Shown here: positions 34,439-44,629 of the stretch, in pieces
Layout: every line of letters starts with the position of its first letter
Position numbering within the stretch: the stretch's first letter is position 1
Assembly (NCBI GenBank): GCA_041191345.1
Contig: JBEEOY010000114.1
Span: forward strand, 2,143 to 66,142
From: Pseudomonadota bacterium
GTDB taxonomy: Bacteria > Pseudomonadota > Alphaproteobacteria > Sphingomonadales > Sphingomonadaceae
Direction: 5' to 3'
Length of the DNA stretch: 64,000 nt
Notes under the pieces: model-generated
The model's input: the letters and a program-made list of their open reading frames with translations, nothing else
What the model was told of the DNA's origin: nothing
The model's database searches: none
Position numbers and translations under genes: made by a program

Positions 34439-35712
34439 GCCAAGGCCTCCACTGCCGCGCGAAAGGCATCGCCCCGCGCCTCAAAATCGCGAAATTGGTC
34501 AAAAGACGCGCACGCCGGAGACAGCAAGACAACATCCCCCGGCTGGGCAGCAGCAGCAGCCAACTGAACCGCCCGCTCCAGCGTGCCGGCCTCGGCCACA
34601 GCCATGGCCGGGCGCAGCAGATCGGCAAACATGGGGCCCGCCTCGCCAATGACATAAGCGGCAACGACATGGCTAAAATGCGGGGCGCAGGCATCTAAAT
34701 CCTTGGTCTTGGCTTGCCCGCCCAAAATCCAATGAATGCGCGGGTAAGCCGCCAAAGCCGGCGCGGTAGACGTGGGGTTGGTGGCCTTGCTGTCGTTTAC
34801 AAACAACACCCCTGCGCGTTCTGCCACCCGCTCCATCCGGTGCGATAAGCCAGGATAGCTGCGCAAAGCTGCCTCAATCTGATCTTCCGCCACACCCAAT
34901 GCGCGCGCCACCGCAATCGCACAGGCAATATTTTGGGCGTTGTGCGGCCCTTGCAGCGCGGGCCAGCACGATTGATCGGCAATATCTGTAGAGGCCACAC
35001 GATATAGTCGGTGGTTGATGCGGCTGGCAATCATACGGCTTGGGTCATCTTGTGTGGCAATGACAGCCACTTGATCCAGATGCTGCAGCGTGAATAGCCG
35101 CTCTTTTGCGGCCGCATAGTCCGCAAAGCTGTCATAGCGATCAAGATGGTCGGGCGTGATGTTGGTCAGCACGGCAATATCGCACGCCAGACTATGCGTC
35201 AGATCAATCTGAAAGCTTGATAATTCCAGCACATAGACACCGCCCTCAGGCAGTGGATCTTGCGACAAAATAGGCAGGCCAATATTGCCTCCTAACCGGG
35301 CCGGAATGCCCGCGCTTCCAACAATATGGTGGATCAATGCCGTGGTGGTTGATTTGCCATTGGTGCCCGTAATGCCCACCACATGATGTCGCGGCAGGCT
35401 GGGCCGGGCCATGGCGAATAACTCAATATCTCCCAGAATAGGGACGTGCGCAGCCCGTGCATGATCTGCAATGGGGTGGCGGTTCAGTGGAACGCCGGGT
35501 GACACGACCACTGCGTCAAAGCCTGCCAAATCCATCGCCAATGGGTCCGCCAACTGGACCCCAGCAGGCACGGCCGCACGCGCCTCATCGCGCGTATCCC
35601 ACGCCGTTACCTCAGCCCCGCTCTCGACCAGCGCACGCACTGTTGCAAGGCCTGAACGGGCAAGCCCCAGCACCGCAAAGCGTTTACCAGAAAAGGCGGG
35701 AGACGTAATCAT
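34435..35712 (-). CDS. murD: UDP-N-acetylmuramoylalanine--D-glutamate ligase
   Basis: [17 protein letters not shown] 35712 forms an ATGA overlap with the mraY stop. Confidence 0.95.
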   Translation of the reverse strand: MITSPAFSGKRFAVLGLARSGLATVRALVESGAEVTAWDTRDEARAAVPAGVQLADPLAMDLAGFDAVVVSPGVPLNRHPIADHARAAHVPILGDIELFAMARPSLPRHHVVGITGTNGKSTTTALIHHIVGSAGIPARLGGNIGLPILSQDPLPEGGVYVLELSSFQIDLTHSLACDIAVLTNITPDHLDRYDSFADYAAAKERLFTLQHLDQVAVIATQDDPSRMIASRINHRLYRVASTDIADQSCWPALQGPHNAQNIACAIAVARALGVAEDQIEAALRSYPGLSHRMERVAERAGVLFVNDSKATNPTSTAPALAAYPRIHWILGGQAKTKDLDACAPHFSHVVAAYVIGEAGPMFADLLRPAMAVAEAGTLERAVQLAAAAAQPGDVVLLSPACASFDQFRDFEARGDAFRAAVEALA

Positions 35713-36779
35713 CTGAGCTTCAGCGTGGAAAGACCAGCCAGCGCCAAAACAAAGGCGACAATCCAAAAACGGATAACCACCGTGGGTTCAGACCAGCCCA
35801 ATTGTTCAAAATGATGGTGAATAGGCGCCATGCGAAACACACGGCGGCCTGTGCGCTTGAACCAGAAAACTTGAATGACAACCGACAGCGCCTCAACCAC
35901 GAATAAGCCGCCAATCACGGCCAGCACAAATTCATGATGTGTGGTGACAGCAATGGCCCCCAACGCCCCGCCAAGGGCAAGGCTGCCTGTATCGCCCATG
36001 AAGACGGCAGCAGGCGGCGCATTGAACCACAAAAAGGCAAGGCCCGCGCCCACAATCGCGCCACATAAAATGGCCAAATTCCCTGCCCCGGCGACATAGG
36101 GAATACCCAGATAGGCTGCATATTTGGCGTTGCCGACCAAATAGGCAATCAGCATGAAGGCAATGCACGCAATGATCACAGGCATGGTCGCCAAGCCATC
36201 CAGCCCATCCGTCAAATTCACTGCGTTCCCAAAGGCGACAATCACAAACGCCCCAAAAGGAATGTACAGCCAGCCAAGATCGGCAATGGGGCCGTTGACG
36301 AACGGCAAGTAGAGATCAGTGTTTGCGTGCCACGTAATGAGCGCCGTCGCCACGCCCGCAATGGTAAATTCTGCCAGCAGACGCGCCCGGGCCGACACGC
36401 CTTTGGTGCTGCGTTTCTTGACCTTGTCATAATCGTCGAGAAAGCCAATCAGCCCAAAACCGCCCGTGACCAAGATACAGGCCCAGACATAGATATTGTT
36501 CAGATCCATCCAGAGCAGCAGAGACAAGCCCACAGCGGTCAGGATCATCAACCCGCCCATGGTGGGCGTGCCCACTTTGGCCAAATGGGATTGTGGGCCG
36601 TCACTGCGAATGGGCTGACCTTTGCCTTGGCGAAGACGCAGCCACCCAATAAAGCGCGGCCCAATAATCAGCCCAATGAGCAGAGCAGTTGCCACGGCCC
36701 CACCAGTGCGGAATGTAAGATAACGCAGAAGGTTGAGAACACCGGGAAATCCAAGTTGCTCGGCAATCCAGTATAGCAT
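35709..36779 (-). CDS. mraY: phospho-N-acetylmuramoyl-pentapeptide transferase
   Basis: 356 aa polytopic membrane protein. [24 protein letters not shown] overlap with the murF stop. Confidence 0.97.
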   Translation of the reverse strand: MLYWIAEQLGFPGVLNLLRYLTFRTGGAVATALLIGLIIGPRFIGWLRLRQGKGQPIRSDGPQSHLAKVGTPTMGGLMILTAVGLSLLLWMDLNNIYVWACILVTGGFGLIGFLDDYDKVKKRSTKGVSARARLLAEFTIAGVATALITWHANTDLYLPFVNGPIADLGWLYIPFGAFVIVAFGNAVNLTDGLDGLATMPVIIACIAFMLIAYLVGNAKYAAYLGIPYVAGAGNLAILCGAIVGAGLAFLWFNAPPAAVFMGDTGSLALGGALGAIAVTTHHEFVLAVIGGLFVVEALSVVIQVFWFKRTGRRVFRMAPIHHHFEQLGWSEPTVVIRFWIVAFVLALAGLSTLKLR

Positions 36780-38152
36780 TATTCCCCCCCTGCTGTCAGT
36801 CCAGCCACCACATGGGCAAGGCCAACTGCATTTGATCCTTTAACCAGCACCGCGTCTTCAGCGCGCACAAGCTGCTGCGCGAGTGCCAAGGCCGCTGCGG
36901 CATCTGCCAAATGATAAACCTCGATTTTGCCGGATAGTGCGTCTGCCAAGGGGGCCATGCCCGGCCCTACCAGAATAGCAATGCTGACCTCAGCCGCCAT
37001 AATGGGCCCGGCAAGGCCAGCGTGAAGGGCCGCAGACTCTGCACCCAATTCGCGCATCTCGCCCAAAATGGCGATCCGGCGGCGGGCAGGCTGTGCGCCC
37101 AGCACCGCCAAAGTTGCCGCCATTGAGACTGAATTGGCGTTATAGCTTTCATCAATCAGCAGCGCGTCTCCGCCCGGCAATGCCAGGCGATGCCGGGCAC
37201 CCCGCCCTGCCAAACCTTCAAGCTCGCCCAGGGCCAGCCCAGCTGCTGCCAAATCGCCGCCAAGGGCTTGCACTGTCGCCAGAACAGCAAGCGCGTTTGA
37301 CACCCAATGATCGCCAGGTTGCGCCAAGGTGAAAGAGACCTCAGCCCCCGGCAGCGCCGCGACGACCATGGTGCCATGATCCATTTGGACCACATCGCGC
37401 GCATGAACATCAGCGGCGGCATCCCGCCCAAAGGTGACGACGCGGTCCGCATGGCGCCGTGCGTGGCCCAACAATTGGTCGCGATGCGGCGTGTCAAAGG
37501 GGACAATGGCTGTGCCACCGGGTTCAAGGCCCTGAAAAATCTCACCCTTGGCGTCGGCAATCGCCTCCATTGAGCCCAAATTTTCGATATGCGCAGGGGC
37601 AATGGCCGTAATCAGCGCCACATGGGGGCGCACCAGCCGGGTTAAAGCTGCAATTTCACCGGCATGGTTCATGCCCATTTCAAAGACACCAAAGCGCGTA
37701 TCCGCAGGCATCCGAGCAAGGCTCAAGGGAACACCCGTATGGTTGTTATAGCTTTTGACCGAGCGGTGGACTGGCCCTTTATTCGCCCGCGCCAACGCAG
37801 CCGCCAGTGCCTCTTTGGTGCCTGTTTTGCCAACTGACCCAGTGACGCCCGCAATTTTTGCAGCTGTCCGCGCGCGCGCGGCCATCCCCAAGGCGTTGAG
37901 TGCGGCTGTGGTATCACCCACCAGCACATGCGGGTGCGCAACCGGCGTCGAGACAATCGCTCCTGCAGCGCCTTGCACAAAGGCCTGGTCCACAAATTTT
38001 TGGCCGTCCGTCACTTCGCCTTTGAGCGCAATGAACAAATCGCCAGGCCCAACTTCCCGGCTGTCAAAGGCAACACCGCCTGCAGCAAAGTCTCCCTGCG
38101 CCACGCCACCCACAGCTTTGGCGATATCGGCCGATGTCCACAGTGCCGTCAT
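36779..38152 (-). CDS. murF: UDP-N-acetylmuramoyl-tripeptide--D-alanyl-D-alanine ligase
   Basis: [16 protein letters not shown] 38152 forms an ATGA overlap with the murE stop. Confidence 0.95.
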   Translation of the reverse strand: MTALWTSADIAKAVGGVAQGDFAAGGVAFDSREVGPGDLFIALKGEVTDGQKFVDQAFVQGAAGAIVSTPVAHPHVLVGDTTAALNALGMAARARTAAKIAGVTGSVGKTGTKEALAAALARANKGPVHRSVKSYNNHTGVPLSLARMPADTRFGVFEMGMNHAGEIAALTRLVRPHVALITAIAPAHIENLGSMEAIADAKGEIFQGLEPGGTAIVPFDTPHRDQLLGHARRHADRVVTFGRDAAADVHARDVVQMDHGTMVVAALPGAEVSFTLAQPGDHWVSNALAVLATVQALGGDLAAAGLALGELEGLAGRGARHRLALPGGDALLIDESYNANSVSMAATLAVLGAQPARRRIAILGEMRELGAESAALHAGLAGPIMAAEVSIAILVGPGMAPLADALSGKIEVYHLADAAAALALAQQLVRAEDAVLVKGSNAVGLAHVVAGLTAGGE

Positions 38153-39567
38153 GCCGCGCACTCCCGCGCCACTGTTACATCATCAAAGGGAAGCACTTGA
38201 TCTCCAATAATTTGGCCCTGTTCATGGCCTTTGCCGGCAATGAGAATAATGTCATCTGGCCCAGCGTCCGCCAAGGCGCGCGCAATGGCATCCCGGCGCC
38301 CGGCCACTTCCAGTGCGCCCGGCGCCGCCTCGAGAATTTCTGCACGGATGGCCGCGGGATCTTCCGAGCGAGGATTGTCATCGGTCACAATCACCAGATC
38401 GGCCATTTGCACCGCAATAGCCCCCATTTCAGGGCGCTTGCCACGATCCCGATCGCCGCCTGCCCCAAAAACAAGGATCAGCCGGCCTTTGCAGTGCGGC
38501 CGTAGCGCCTCAATGGCGGCCTCAATGGCATCAGGGGTGTGCGCATAATCAACATAAACAGGCGCACCTGTTTTGCTGATAACAGCCCGTTCCAGTCGTC
38601 CGCGCACAGGTTGAAGCCGAGCAAGATTGGCCAGAGTCGGTCCCACATCGCCGCCCGTTGCGATCACCAAGCCTGCAGAAACAAGTGCGTTTGCCGCTTG
38701 ATAGGCCCCAATGAGCGGCAGGCTGATCTTATAGGTCTGGCCTTCGGCCTCGACCACCAATTGCTGTCCCAATTGACCGGGGGTCCGCTCTATCAGCTTC
38801 AACGCACTGCCATTGGGACCAACTGTAAAGACCGCCAGCCCCCGCTCGCGCGCCAGATCAATCACCCGCGGAGAATATTCATCGGCATCCGCCCACACAA
38901 CAGCCGCGCCATCCGCATCCACGACTTCGGAAAACAAGCGCATTTTGGCCGTAAAATAATTTGCCATATCGCCATGATAATCGAGGTGATCTCGCGACAG
39001 ATTAGTGAAGGCTGCGGCCCGCACGGGCAGACCTTCCGTGCGGCATTGGTGGAGCCCATGGCTGGACGCTTCAAAGGCCACATGGCTAACGCCTTCTCGC
39101 TTAAGTCCGGCCATGTTGGACAGGAAGGTCACAATGTCAGGCGTTGTTAGCCCCGTGACCACGCGGTCATCTGCAGTTGTCACACCCAAAGTGCCAATTG
39201 AAGCTGCGGCGTGGCCCGCCATCCGCCACAGCTGGCGCGTCATTTCGACAGTTGATGTTTTGCCATTGGTACCTGTGACAGCAACAGTCATGTCCGGGAA
39301 TGGCTCAAAAAAGCGCGCCGCGAGCAGCGCAAAGGTCCGCCGCGGTTCATCGCTTGCAATATGGACAGCGCCCTCAACCCGCACATCAGGCCGCGCAACA
39401 ACAGCAAGGGCGCCAGCGGCAATTGCAGCGTCAATATAGTCCTCGCCATTCACCTTCGCGCCTTGAAAGGCGCCAAAAATATTCCCCGGCGCAACTTTAC
39501 GGTGGTCAATGGCAAAGCCCGTTACGGGACGGGGGTCTGACGAATTGAGGAGCGCACCAAGTTTCAT
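38149..39567 (-). CDS. murE: UDP-N-acetylmuramoyl-L-alanyl-D-glutamate--2,6-diaminopimelate ligase
   Basis: 472 aa. VTGTNGKTSTVEM; DNPR motif TDDNPRSEDP. Confidence 0.96.
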   Translation of the reverse strand: MKLGALLNSSDPRPVTGFAIDHRKVAPGNIFGAFQGAKVNGEDYIDAAIAAGALAVVARPDVRVEGAVHIASDEPRRTFALLAARFFEPFPDMTVAVTGTNGKTSTVEMTRQLWRMAGHAAASIGTLGVTTADDRVVTGLTTPDIVTFLSNMAGLKREGVSHVAFEASSHGLHQCRTEGLPVRAAAFTNLSRDHLDYHGDMANYFTAKMRLFSEVVDADGAAVVWADADEYSPRVIDLARERGLAVFTVGPNGSALKLIERTPGQLGQQLVVEAEGQTYKISLPLIGAYQAANALVSAGLVIATGGDVGPTLANLARLQPVRGRLERAVISKTGAPVYVDYAHTPDAIEAAIEALRPHCKGRLILVFGAGGDRDRGKRPEMGAIAVQMADLVIVTDDNPRSEDPAAIRAEILEAAPGALEVAGRRDAIARALADAGPDDIILIAGKGHEQGQIIGDQVLPFDDVTVARECAA

Positions 39568-41261
39568 TCTGCGTCCGCCTTCTCTTTCCAGATCAACGTG
39601 CGCAAGCCATCAAGCGGCATATCCTTGGAAGGATCGGGGAAAACTCCAAGCATGGGCCCGGTCCGCGCAATGACCTTGGAAACAACGGGCGCCGCAGTCC
39701 AAGCTGCAGTCGTAAGCCCAAAAGATTCTGCATTGCCCTTGGGCGCATCCAGCATGGCAATCACCACATATCGCGGCGCATCCATTGGGAAGACAGCTGC
39801 GAAAGTCGACACGTTAACATGGCGAGAATAGCCGCCTGCACCAGGCTTTTCCGCGGTGCCGGTTTTGCCACCAACGCGCATGCCCAGAACATCCGCCTTC
39901 TTACCCGTGCCATCCGTTGCAATAAGACGCAGCAGCTGCCGAGATGTATCGCTGGTTTTCTGGGTAAAGACACGCCGACCCGGCACTGCGCGACCGGGCT
40001 CTACCTTCACCAGCGTTGCGGGCCGCATAATGCCGCCATTCACCAAAGCCGCATAGGCCACAGCCAATTGCAGCGGCGTAACGGCAATGCCGTGGCCATA
40101 GGCCGTCGTCATTGTGGTTGTCCGCGCCCAGAAACCGGGCACAAGCGGGCGGCCTTTTTCTCTTAACTCAATGGACGGCTGATCATAAAAGCCAATGCGC
40201 CGGAACAGCGCTTCCATCCGCTCTGGGCCCATTTCATCGGCAATGCGTGCGGTGACAATATTAGAAGAATGAACCAGCGTTTCAGGCACATTGAGCCAGC
40301 GATTGAGAGGATGATCATCCTTGATCTTAAATTTGCCAATTTGCAGCGGGGCTGTTGCGTCATAGCGCTTGGACATGCTGGTCACGACACCCGCGTCCAT
40401 CGCCCCGGCAATCGCAATTGGCTTGAACGTTGAGCCCAGCTCATAAACGCTTTGCGTGACATTATTGCGCAGCGTTTCCGGATCAACCCGGCGAATGTTA
40501 TTGGGGTTGAACACGGGCAGAGACACCATGGCCAAAAGCTCACCGGTGTGCACATCCAGCACAAGGCCTGTGGCGCCCAATGCCTGATGGCTCGTCATCG
40601 CTGAAGAGAGTTCAGACTCCATCGCTGCCTGCACACGCTTGTCAATTGACAGGGCAACAGGTTGGCGCCGAGCCGGATCGGACAATTGCTTGTCCAAGGC
40701 CCGTTCCATGCCCATAACGCCCCGGCCTTCCATATCGGTATAGCCAAGGACGTGCGCTGCCAGCGTCAATTGCGGGTAGAGCCGCTCTGGCTCTCGAGAG
40801 AACGCCATGCCAGGCTCACCCAGCGCATTCACCTTTGCCACCAGTTCGGGCATTGCGCGGCGGCGCAAATACGTGAAACGGACCCCCGACTTTAGCAGAT
40901 CGAGATATTGCTGCTCAGTGCGCTCGGGCATCAAAGCTGCCAATTTGGGGGCCAAGTCTTCCGGCTTGTTCAGCAGGCGATTGGTGTGCACGCCAATCGA
41001 CCAAGCCTCCATCGTCCGGGCCAGCACCTCCCCATTGCGATCGACAATATCAGCCCGTGCGCCGCGTTGGTTCTCCACCGCAGCAAAGCCGCTGCTAGGC
41101 CCCGAAAACACTGTCAGCCACATAAGCCGCAGCGCGATGACACCGGCCACCGCGCTGAACAAGAGCATCAGGACCATCAGCCTTTGGTGGGCAATCGCCA
41201 GCGATTGAACCTTTACCTCAGCATGACGTGTCCGGCTGGGCCGGGCGACGGATGCGGTCAC
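39564..41261 (-). CDS. ftsI: peptidoglycan D,D-transpeptidase FtsI (PBP3)
   Basis: 565 aa. SxxK = STFK, SxN = SSN, KTG = KTGT. GTGA overlap with the ftsL stop. Confidence 0.93.
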   Translation of the reverse strand: MTASVARPSRTRHAEVKVQSLAIAHQRLMVLMLLFSAVAGVIALRLMWLTVFSGPSSGFAAVENQRGARADIVDRNGEVLARTMEAWSIGVHTNRLLNKPEDLAPKLAALMPERTEQQYLDLLKSGVRFTYLRRRAMPELVAKVNALGEPGMAFSREPERLYPQLTLAAHVLGYTDMEGRGVMGMERALDKQLSDPARRQPVALSIDKRVQAAMESELSSAMTSHQALGATGLVLDVHTGELLAMVSLPVFNPNNIRRVDPETLRNNVTQSVYELGSTFKPIAIAGAMDAGVVTSMSKRYDATAPLQIGKFKIKDDHPLNRWLNVPETLVHSSNIVTARIADEMGPERMEALFRRIGFYDQPSIELREKGRPLVPGFWARTTTMTTAYGHGIAVTPLQLAVAYAALVNGGIMRPATLVKVEPGRAVPGRRVFTQKTSDTSRQLLRLIATDGTGKKADVLGMRVGGKTGTAEKPGAGGYSRHVNVSTFAAVFPMDAPRYVVIAMLDAPKGNAESFGLTTAAWTAAPVVSKVIARTGPMLGVFPDPSKDMPLDGLRTLIWKEKADAE

Positions 41262-41980
41262 TGGGCCGATTTGCCCTTTCCACCTCCGGTTTGGCTTTCA
41301 CTGGCCGCCCGAACGAGGATTTCGCTAAATGTCCGCTGATCAACCAACTTGCGATCTAGCATCGCAAAACGCTGGGGCTTTGCAGGCTCTGACTTGGCCG
41401 CAGCTGGCTTGGGCGCTGTGGCCTTAGCTGCAGACTTGCTGGTCGCTGCAATTCGTGCAGGGCGAACATCAGCCGAGGCCAGAGCCACAGGCTTGGCAGG
41501 CGCCGCGGCGGGCTTAGCCGCACTGGGCGCAGATTTGGATGCTGCCGCCACAGGCTTGGCGCCTTGGGCCACCTGCGCCGTTTGCACAGGCCCTGCGGCA
41601 GGTTGCGTCATATTGGCTGGAGCTGGGGCTGGGGCTGTTGCCGCTGCCACCATGACCGGCGCGGGCGCACCAACACTGGCTGGCAAGATGCCGCCATCCA
41701 GCGTCTGCAAGGCGGTTTCGGTTGCCCGGAATTGGCCGGCCTTGGGTGCGCCAAGTGCCAAAACCTCACTATTCCAACGCTCTAGCTGACGAAGTGAAGC
41801 ACGTGTCCCCAATTCAGTTTGCAACTGCCTGATTTCATTTTGCGTATTGGCAATCTGCCGATCCACTTTCTCCAGCCGGGCACGTTCCGCCGCGACACTC
41901 AAGGACACAGTGTACAGCGCCGTTGCTGCAAAGGCGCACCCAACAACCCAGACAACGGGACGAAATCTGTGAGCGATCAT
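41258..41980 (-). CDS. ftsL: cell division protein FtsL (alphaproteobacterial type) with a long Ala/Pro-rich C-terminal extension
   Basis: 240 aa. N-terminal TM helix plus coiled coil [37 protein letters not shown]. Position between rsmH and ftsI. Confidence 0.8.
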   Translation of the reverse strand: MIAHRFRPVVWVVGCAFAATALYTVSLSVAAERARLEKVDRQIANTQNEIRQLQTELGTRASLRQLERWNSEVLALGAPKAGQFRATETALQTLDGGILPASVGAPAPVMVAAATAPAPAPANMTQPAAGPVQTAQVAQGAKPVAAASKSAPSAAKPAAAPAKPVALASADVRPARIAATSKSAAKATAPKPAAAKSEPAKPQRFAMLDRKLVDQRTFSEILVRAASESQTGGGKGKSAQ

Positions 41981-42915
41981 GCGGCACCTCGAAGTTGGTC
42001 AGGCCAGAAAACAGCAGCTGTGCGCCGCGCGACACGCAAGGTCGCAGAGCGGGCACGGGGATTACGTGTCAATTCAGCCTCGCCGGGCCGCACGGGCTTG
42101 GCGACAGCTTCAAAAGTAGCCTCAGGCCCTGACGGGCCAACATCAGGCAAATGGCGTGAACCCGCAGGGCGCTGGCCACTGCGATCTCGCAAGAAGCGCT
42201 TCACAATCCGGTCTTCTAAGCTGTGAAAAGTGACGACCGCCAAGCGACCACCCGGCTTCAGCACACGCTCAGCAGCGATTAGACCATCTTCCAACTCTTC
42301 GAGTTCACGATTGATGTGAATGCGAATGGCTTGAAAGGCCCGCGTTGCCGGATCGCTTTTTTGACCATCGCGCCAGCCAACGGCGCGCCGGACAATCGAC
42401 GCCAACTGGGCGGTACGTTCAATGGGACGGGCAGCCACAATGGCCCGGGCAATGCGCCGGGATTTGGGTTCATCGCCATAGCGATAGATCACATCAGCAA
42501 TCAGCGCTTCATCGGCGGAATTCACGAAGTCAGCCGCGCTTTCGCCCACCTGCTCCATGCGCATATCAAGCGGGCCATCCGCCTGAAAAGAAAAGCCACG
42601 CCCAGCTTGATCTAGCTGCATTGAGGACACGCCAATATCCAGCGTTACGCCGTCGACAGGGTCTGGCAAATGCTGCGCCATATTGGAAAACCGGTCCTGA
42701 ACCAGTGTCAGGCCCTCGTCTCCAGCCGCGTGCCCAGCCGCTATGGCATCTGGGTCACGATCAAAGGCAATGACGCGCGCGCCTGCCTTTAACATGGCTC
42801 GGCTATAGCCGCCTGCGCCAAAAGTGCCGTCAACATGCGTTTCGCCGGGGCTGATGGCGAGCGCGTCAATCACTTCTGCAAGCAAGACGGGGATATGGGG
42901 CGCAGTTTGGGACAT
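41977..42915 (-). CDS. rsmH: 16S rRNA (cytosine1402-N4)-methyltransferase
   Basis: 312 aa. [19 protein letters not shown]. Confidence 0.96.
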   Translation of the reverse strand: MSQTAPHIPVLLAEVIDALAISPGETHVDGTFGAGGYSRAMLKAGARVIAFDRDPDAIAAGHAAGDEGLTLVQDRFSNMAQHLPDPVDGVTLDIGVSSMQLDQAGRGFSFQADGPLDMRMEQVGESAADFVNSADEALIADVIYRYGDEPKSRRIARAIVAARPIERTAQLASIVRRAVGWRDGQKSDPATRAFQAIRIHINRELEELEDGLIAAERVLKPGGRLAVVTFHSLEDRIVKRFLRDRSGQRPAGSRHLPDVGPSGPEATFEAVAKPVRPGEAELTRNPRARSATLRVARRTAAVFWPDQLRGAA

Positions 42916-43400
42916 CAGCGCACGCCCCTTTCTGCCATCAAAAAGGCAGCAACATCCTTTGTTTCCTCATCAATACCAGGCGTATCAATCAGGAGATTGG
43001 GGTTCCAAATTTCAAATGTGTTCCCGGTGCCAAAGAAAAAGGCGAGTTCAGACAACTGCGCTTTAGCGCGGAAAAAGGCCGGCAGAATGAACCGGCCACT
43101 TGCATCATAGGGCACTTCTTCGACCAAGCCGAAGGCGCGGCGGTTGTTGTTAAAATAGTCAAAATCGCGACCCGCAGACCGCTCTCGCTCTTCTTCGCGC
43201 TCCAGCCGATCATGCAGCAGACGCGACCAGCCTTTGTCATAGCCCGTCAGGCAAGGATCTTGCTGATGTTTGGCGATAATGAGAACGCGGCCATCGCTGT
43301 TCTTTTCGATTGCAGAGCGCAGGAAGGCGGGAATCGCGACGCGGCCTTTGCCGTCAATCGCGTTCAGCGCGTGCCCCCTGAATAGCTCCCTTTCGCTCAC
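42915..43400 (-). CDS. mraZ: transcriptional regulator MraZ
   Basis: 161 aa. Two SpoVT/AbrB-like halves ([13 protein letters not shown] and [13 protein letters not shown]). GTG start. Confidence 0.93.
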   Translation of the reverse strand: MSERELFRGHALNAIDGKGRVAIPAFLRSAIEKNSDGRVLIIAKHQQDPCLTGYDKGWSRLLHDRLEREEERERSAGRDFDYFNNNRRAFGLVEEVPYDASGRFILPAFFRAKAQLSELAFFFGTGNTFEIWNPNLLIDTPGIDEETKDVAAFLMAERGVR

Positions 43401-43510
43401 AACACCCCTCAGCGCCTGAAGCTAACGGGCCGCCGCCAAGCCATAACCCCATGTTACGCCCAGCAAATTCAACACTGAATCAGGACAGCCCCGCCCCAAT
43501 TTGACGAAGT

Positions 43511-43598
43511 TATGGGCTATCAGGGAATCATGGGGACAGCAAGGGATTTCACGGGTGAAATGGGGATTTAGCACCCCGATATCGGGTTTTTAGTGGGA
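43511..43598. promoter_or_regulatory. array of (T/A/C)GGG(G/A) elements phased at ~10 bp, plus a cccgatatcggg palindrome, upstream of mraZ; candidate MraZ operator / dcw promoter region
   Basis: GGG tracts at 43514, 43523, 43532, 43543, 43553, 43562, 43584 and 43595 on the plus strand. Palindrome at 43575-43586. Confidence 0.4.
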
Positions 43599-43655
43599 AA
43601 CCGTGCTTTTTTGTGATGTGTTTTTCTGATCCAACCTCTTTCTATTTCCCTGATT

Positions 43656-44354
43656 TCACTGATTTTTATCCGTCAGCAGGCCATTTATGGCCGCAATGGC
43701 GCGGGCTTGGGCGGCAGCATCCCCTTCTGGCTGAAGGAAATCTGCATCGGCAATGAGCACCGCACCCCCTTTGCCAAGCGGGCAATAGGCAAGGGCGGGA
43801 TCAGGCAGCCGACACTGGCCAGACGCGCGCACCCATTGCCCACTGCCGGGCAGCGCAATGGTCCACGCCGCTATCCGCGCAAAACGTGGTGGGCTGCCCA
43901 TGGCATCGGGCTGCAGATCCAAACCCCAATGGCGATACAAGGGCGACAAAAGCGTAGCGACAGGCGCCCGGCGTGGGTCGCCAATTGGGCGCTGCTGCGG
44001 CCAGCGCAAATCAGGATCCGCCAGAATAACAACACGCCCGCCCTGCCGCACCCACGCATCAAGTGCCACCAGCTCTGCCGGGGCAAGGCGTGGCGGCTGA
44101 ATCAAAAGGAGCGTTTGAACAGGATGCAAGGCACGTGCATCTGCCATATCCAGCGCCACAACATCCCAACTGGCCGAAAGTGCCGTGAGGCTGGGCGCCT
44201 GGCCTGTGCGATTTTGGAGAATATCGGCAACATCACCCTCGCCCCAAAAAAGTGGCAAAGCTGTTAGAATATGGAGCTTCGGCTTAGGCGCGGGCGGGCC
44301 TGCTGAACAGGCCCCGCACAGCAAAGCAAGCGCGGCAACCAGCCCGCGCATCAT
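43656..44354 (-). CDS. lipoprotein of unknown function
   Basis: 232 aa. Lipobox MMRGLVAALALLCGAC. ATGA overlap with the upstream small gene. Confidence 0.65.
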   Translation of the reverse strand: MMRGLVAALALLCGACSAGPPAPKPKLHILTALPLFWGEGDVADILQNRTGQAPSLTALSASWDVVALDMADARALHPVQTLLLIQPPRLAPAELVALDAWVRQGGRVVILADPDLRWPQQRPIGDPRRAPVATLLSPLYRHWGLDLQPDAMGSPPRFARIAAWTIALPGSGQWVRASGQCRLPDPALAYCPLGKGGAVLIADADFLQPEGDAAAQARAIAAINGLLTDKNQ

Positions 44355-44629
44355 TTTTTAGGCGCTGGCTCATCCGCCTTTGCAGGTGCACCGGGGGCGA
44401 CGCCCAGTTCAGCCAAAGGCTCGTTCTTTTCATCTGCTGATTTGGCTGGCTGGCCCGTCACAGTTGGCACATCTTGCACTTTGGCAGTGCCCAATTGCTG
44501 CAACATCGCGTTGGCCAAACCAATGAGCAGCAAGATACCGCCTAGCCCTGTCAGCCCAACGCGAATGCGCCGCCAGCTTTCATTCCGTTCTTGAAGCGGG
44601 TCCAGTGCCATTGTCAGTCTTTCAGCCAT
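44351..44629 (-). CDS. small single-TM protein of unknown function
   Basis: 92 aa (86 aa if the start is ATG 44611). TM helix LTGLGGILLLIGLANAML. Ala/Pro/Lys-rich tail. Confidence 0.5.
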   Translation of the reverse strand: MAERLTMALDPLQERNESWRRIRVGLTGLGGILLLIGLANAMLQQLGTAKVQDVPTVTGQPAKSADEKNEPLAELGVAPGAPAKADEPAPKK

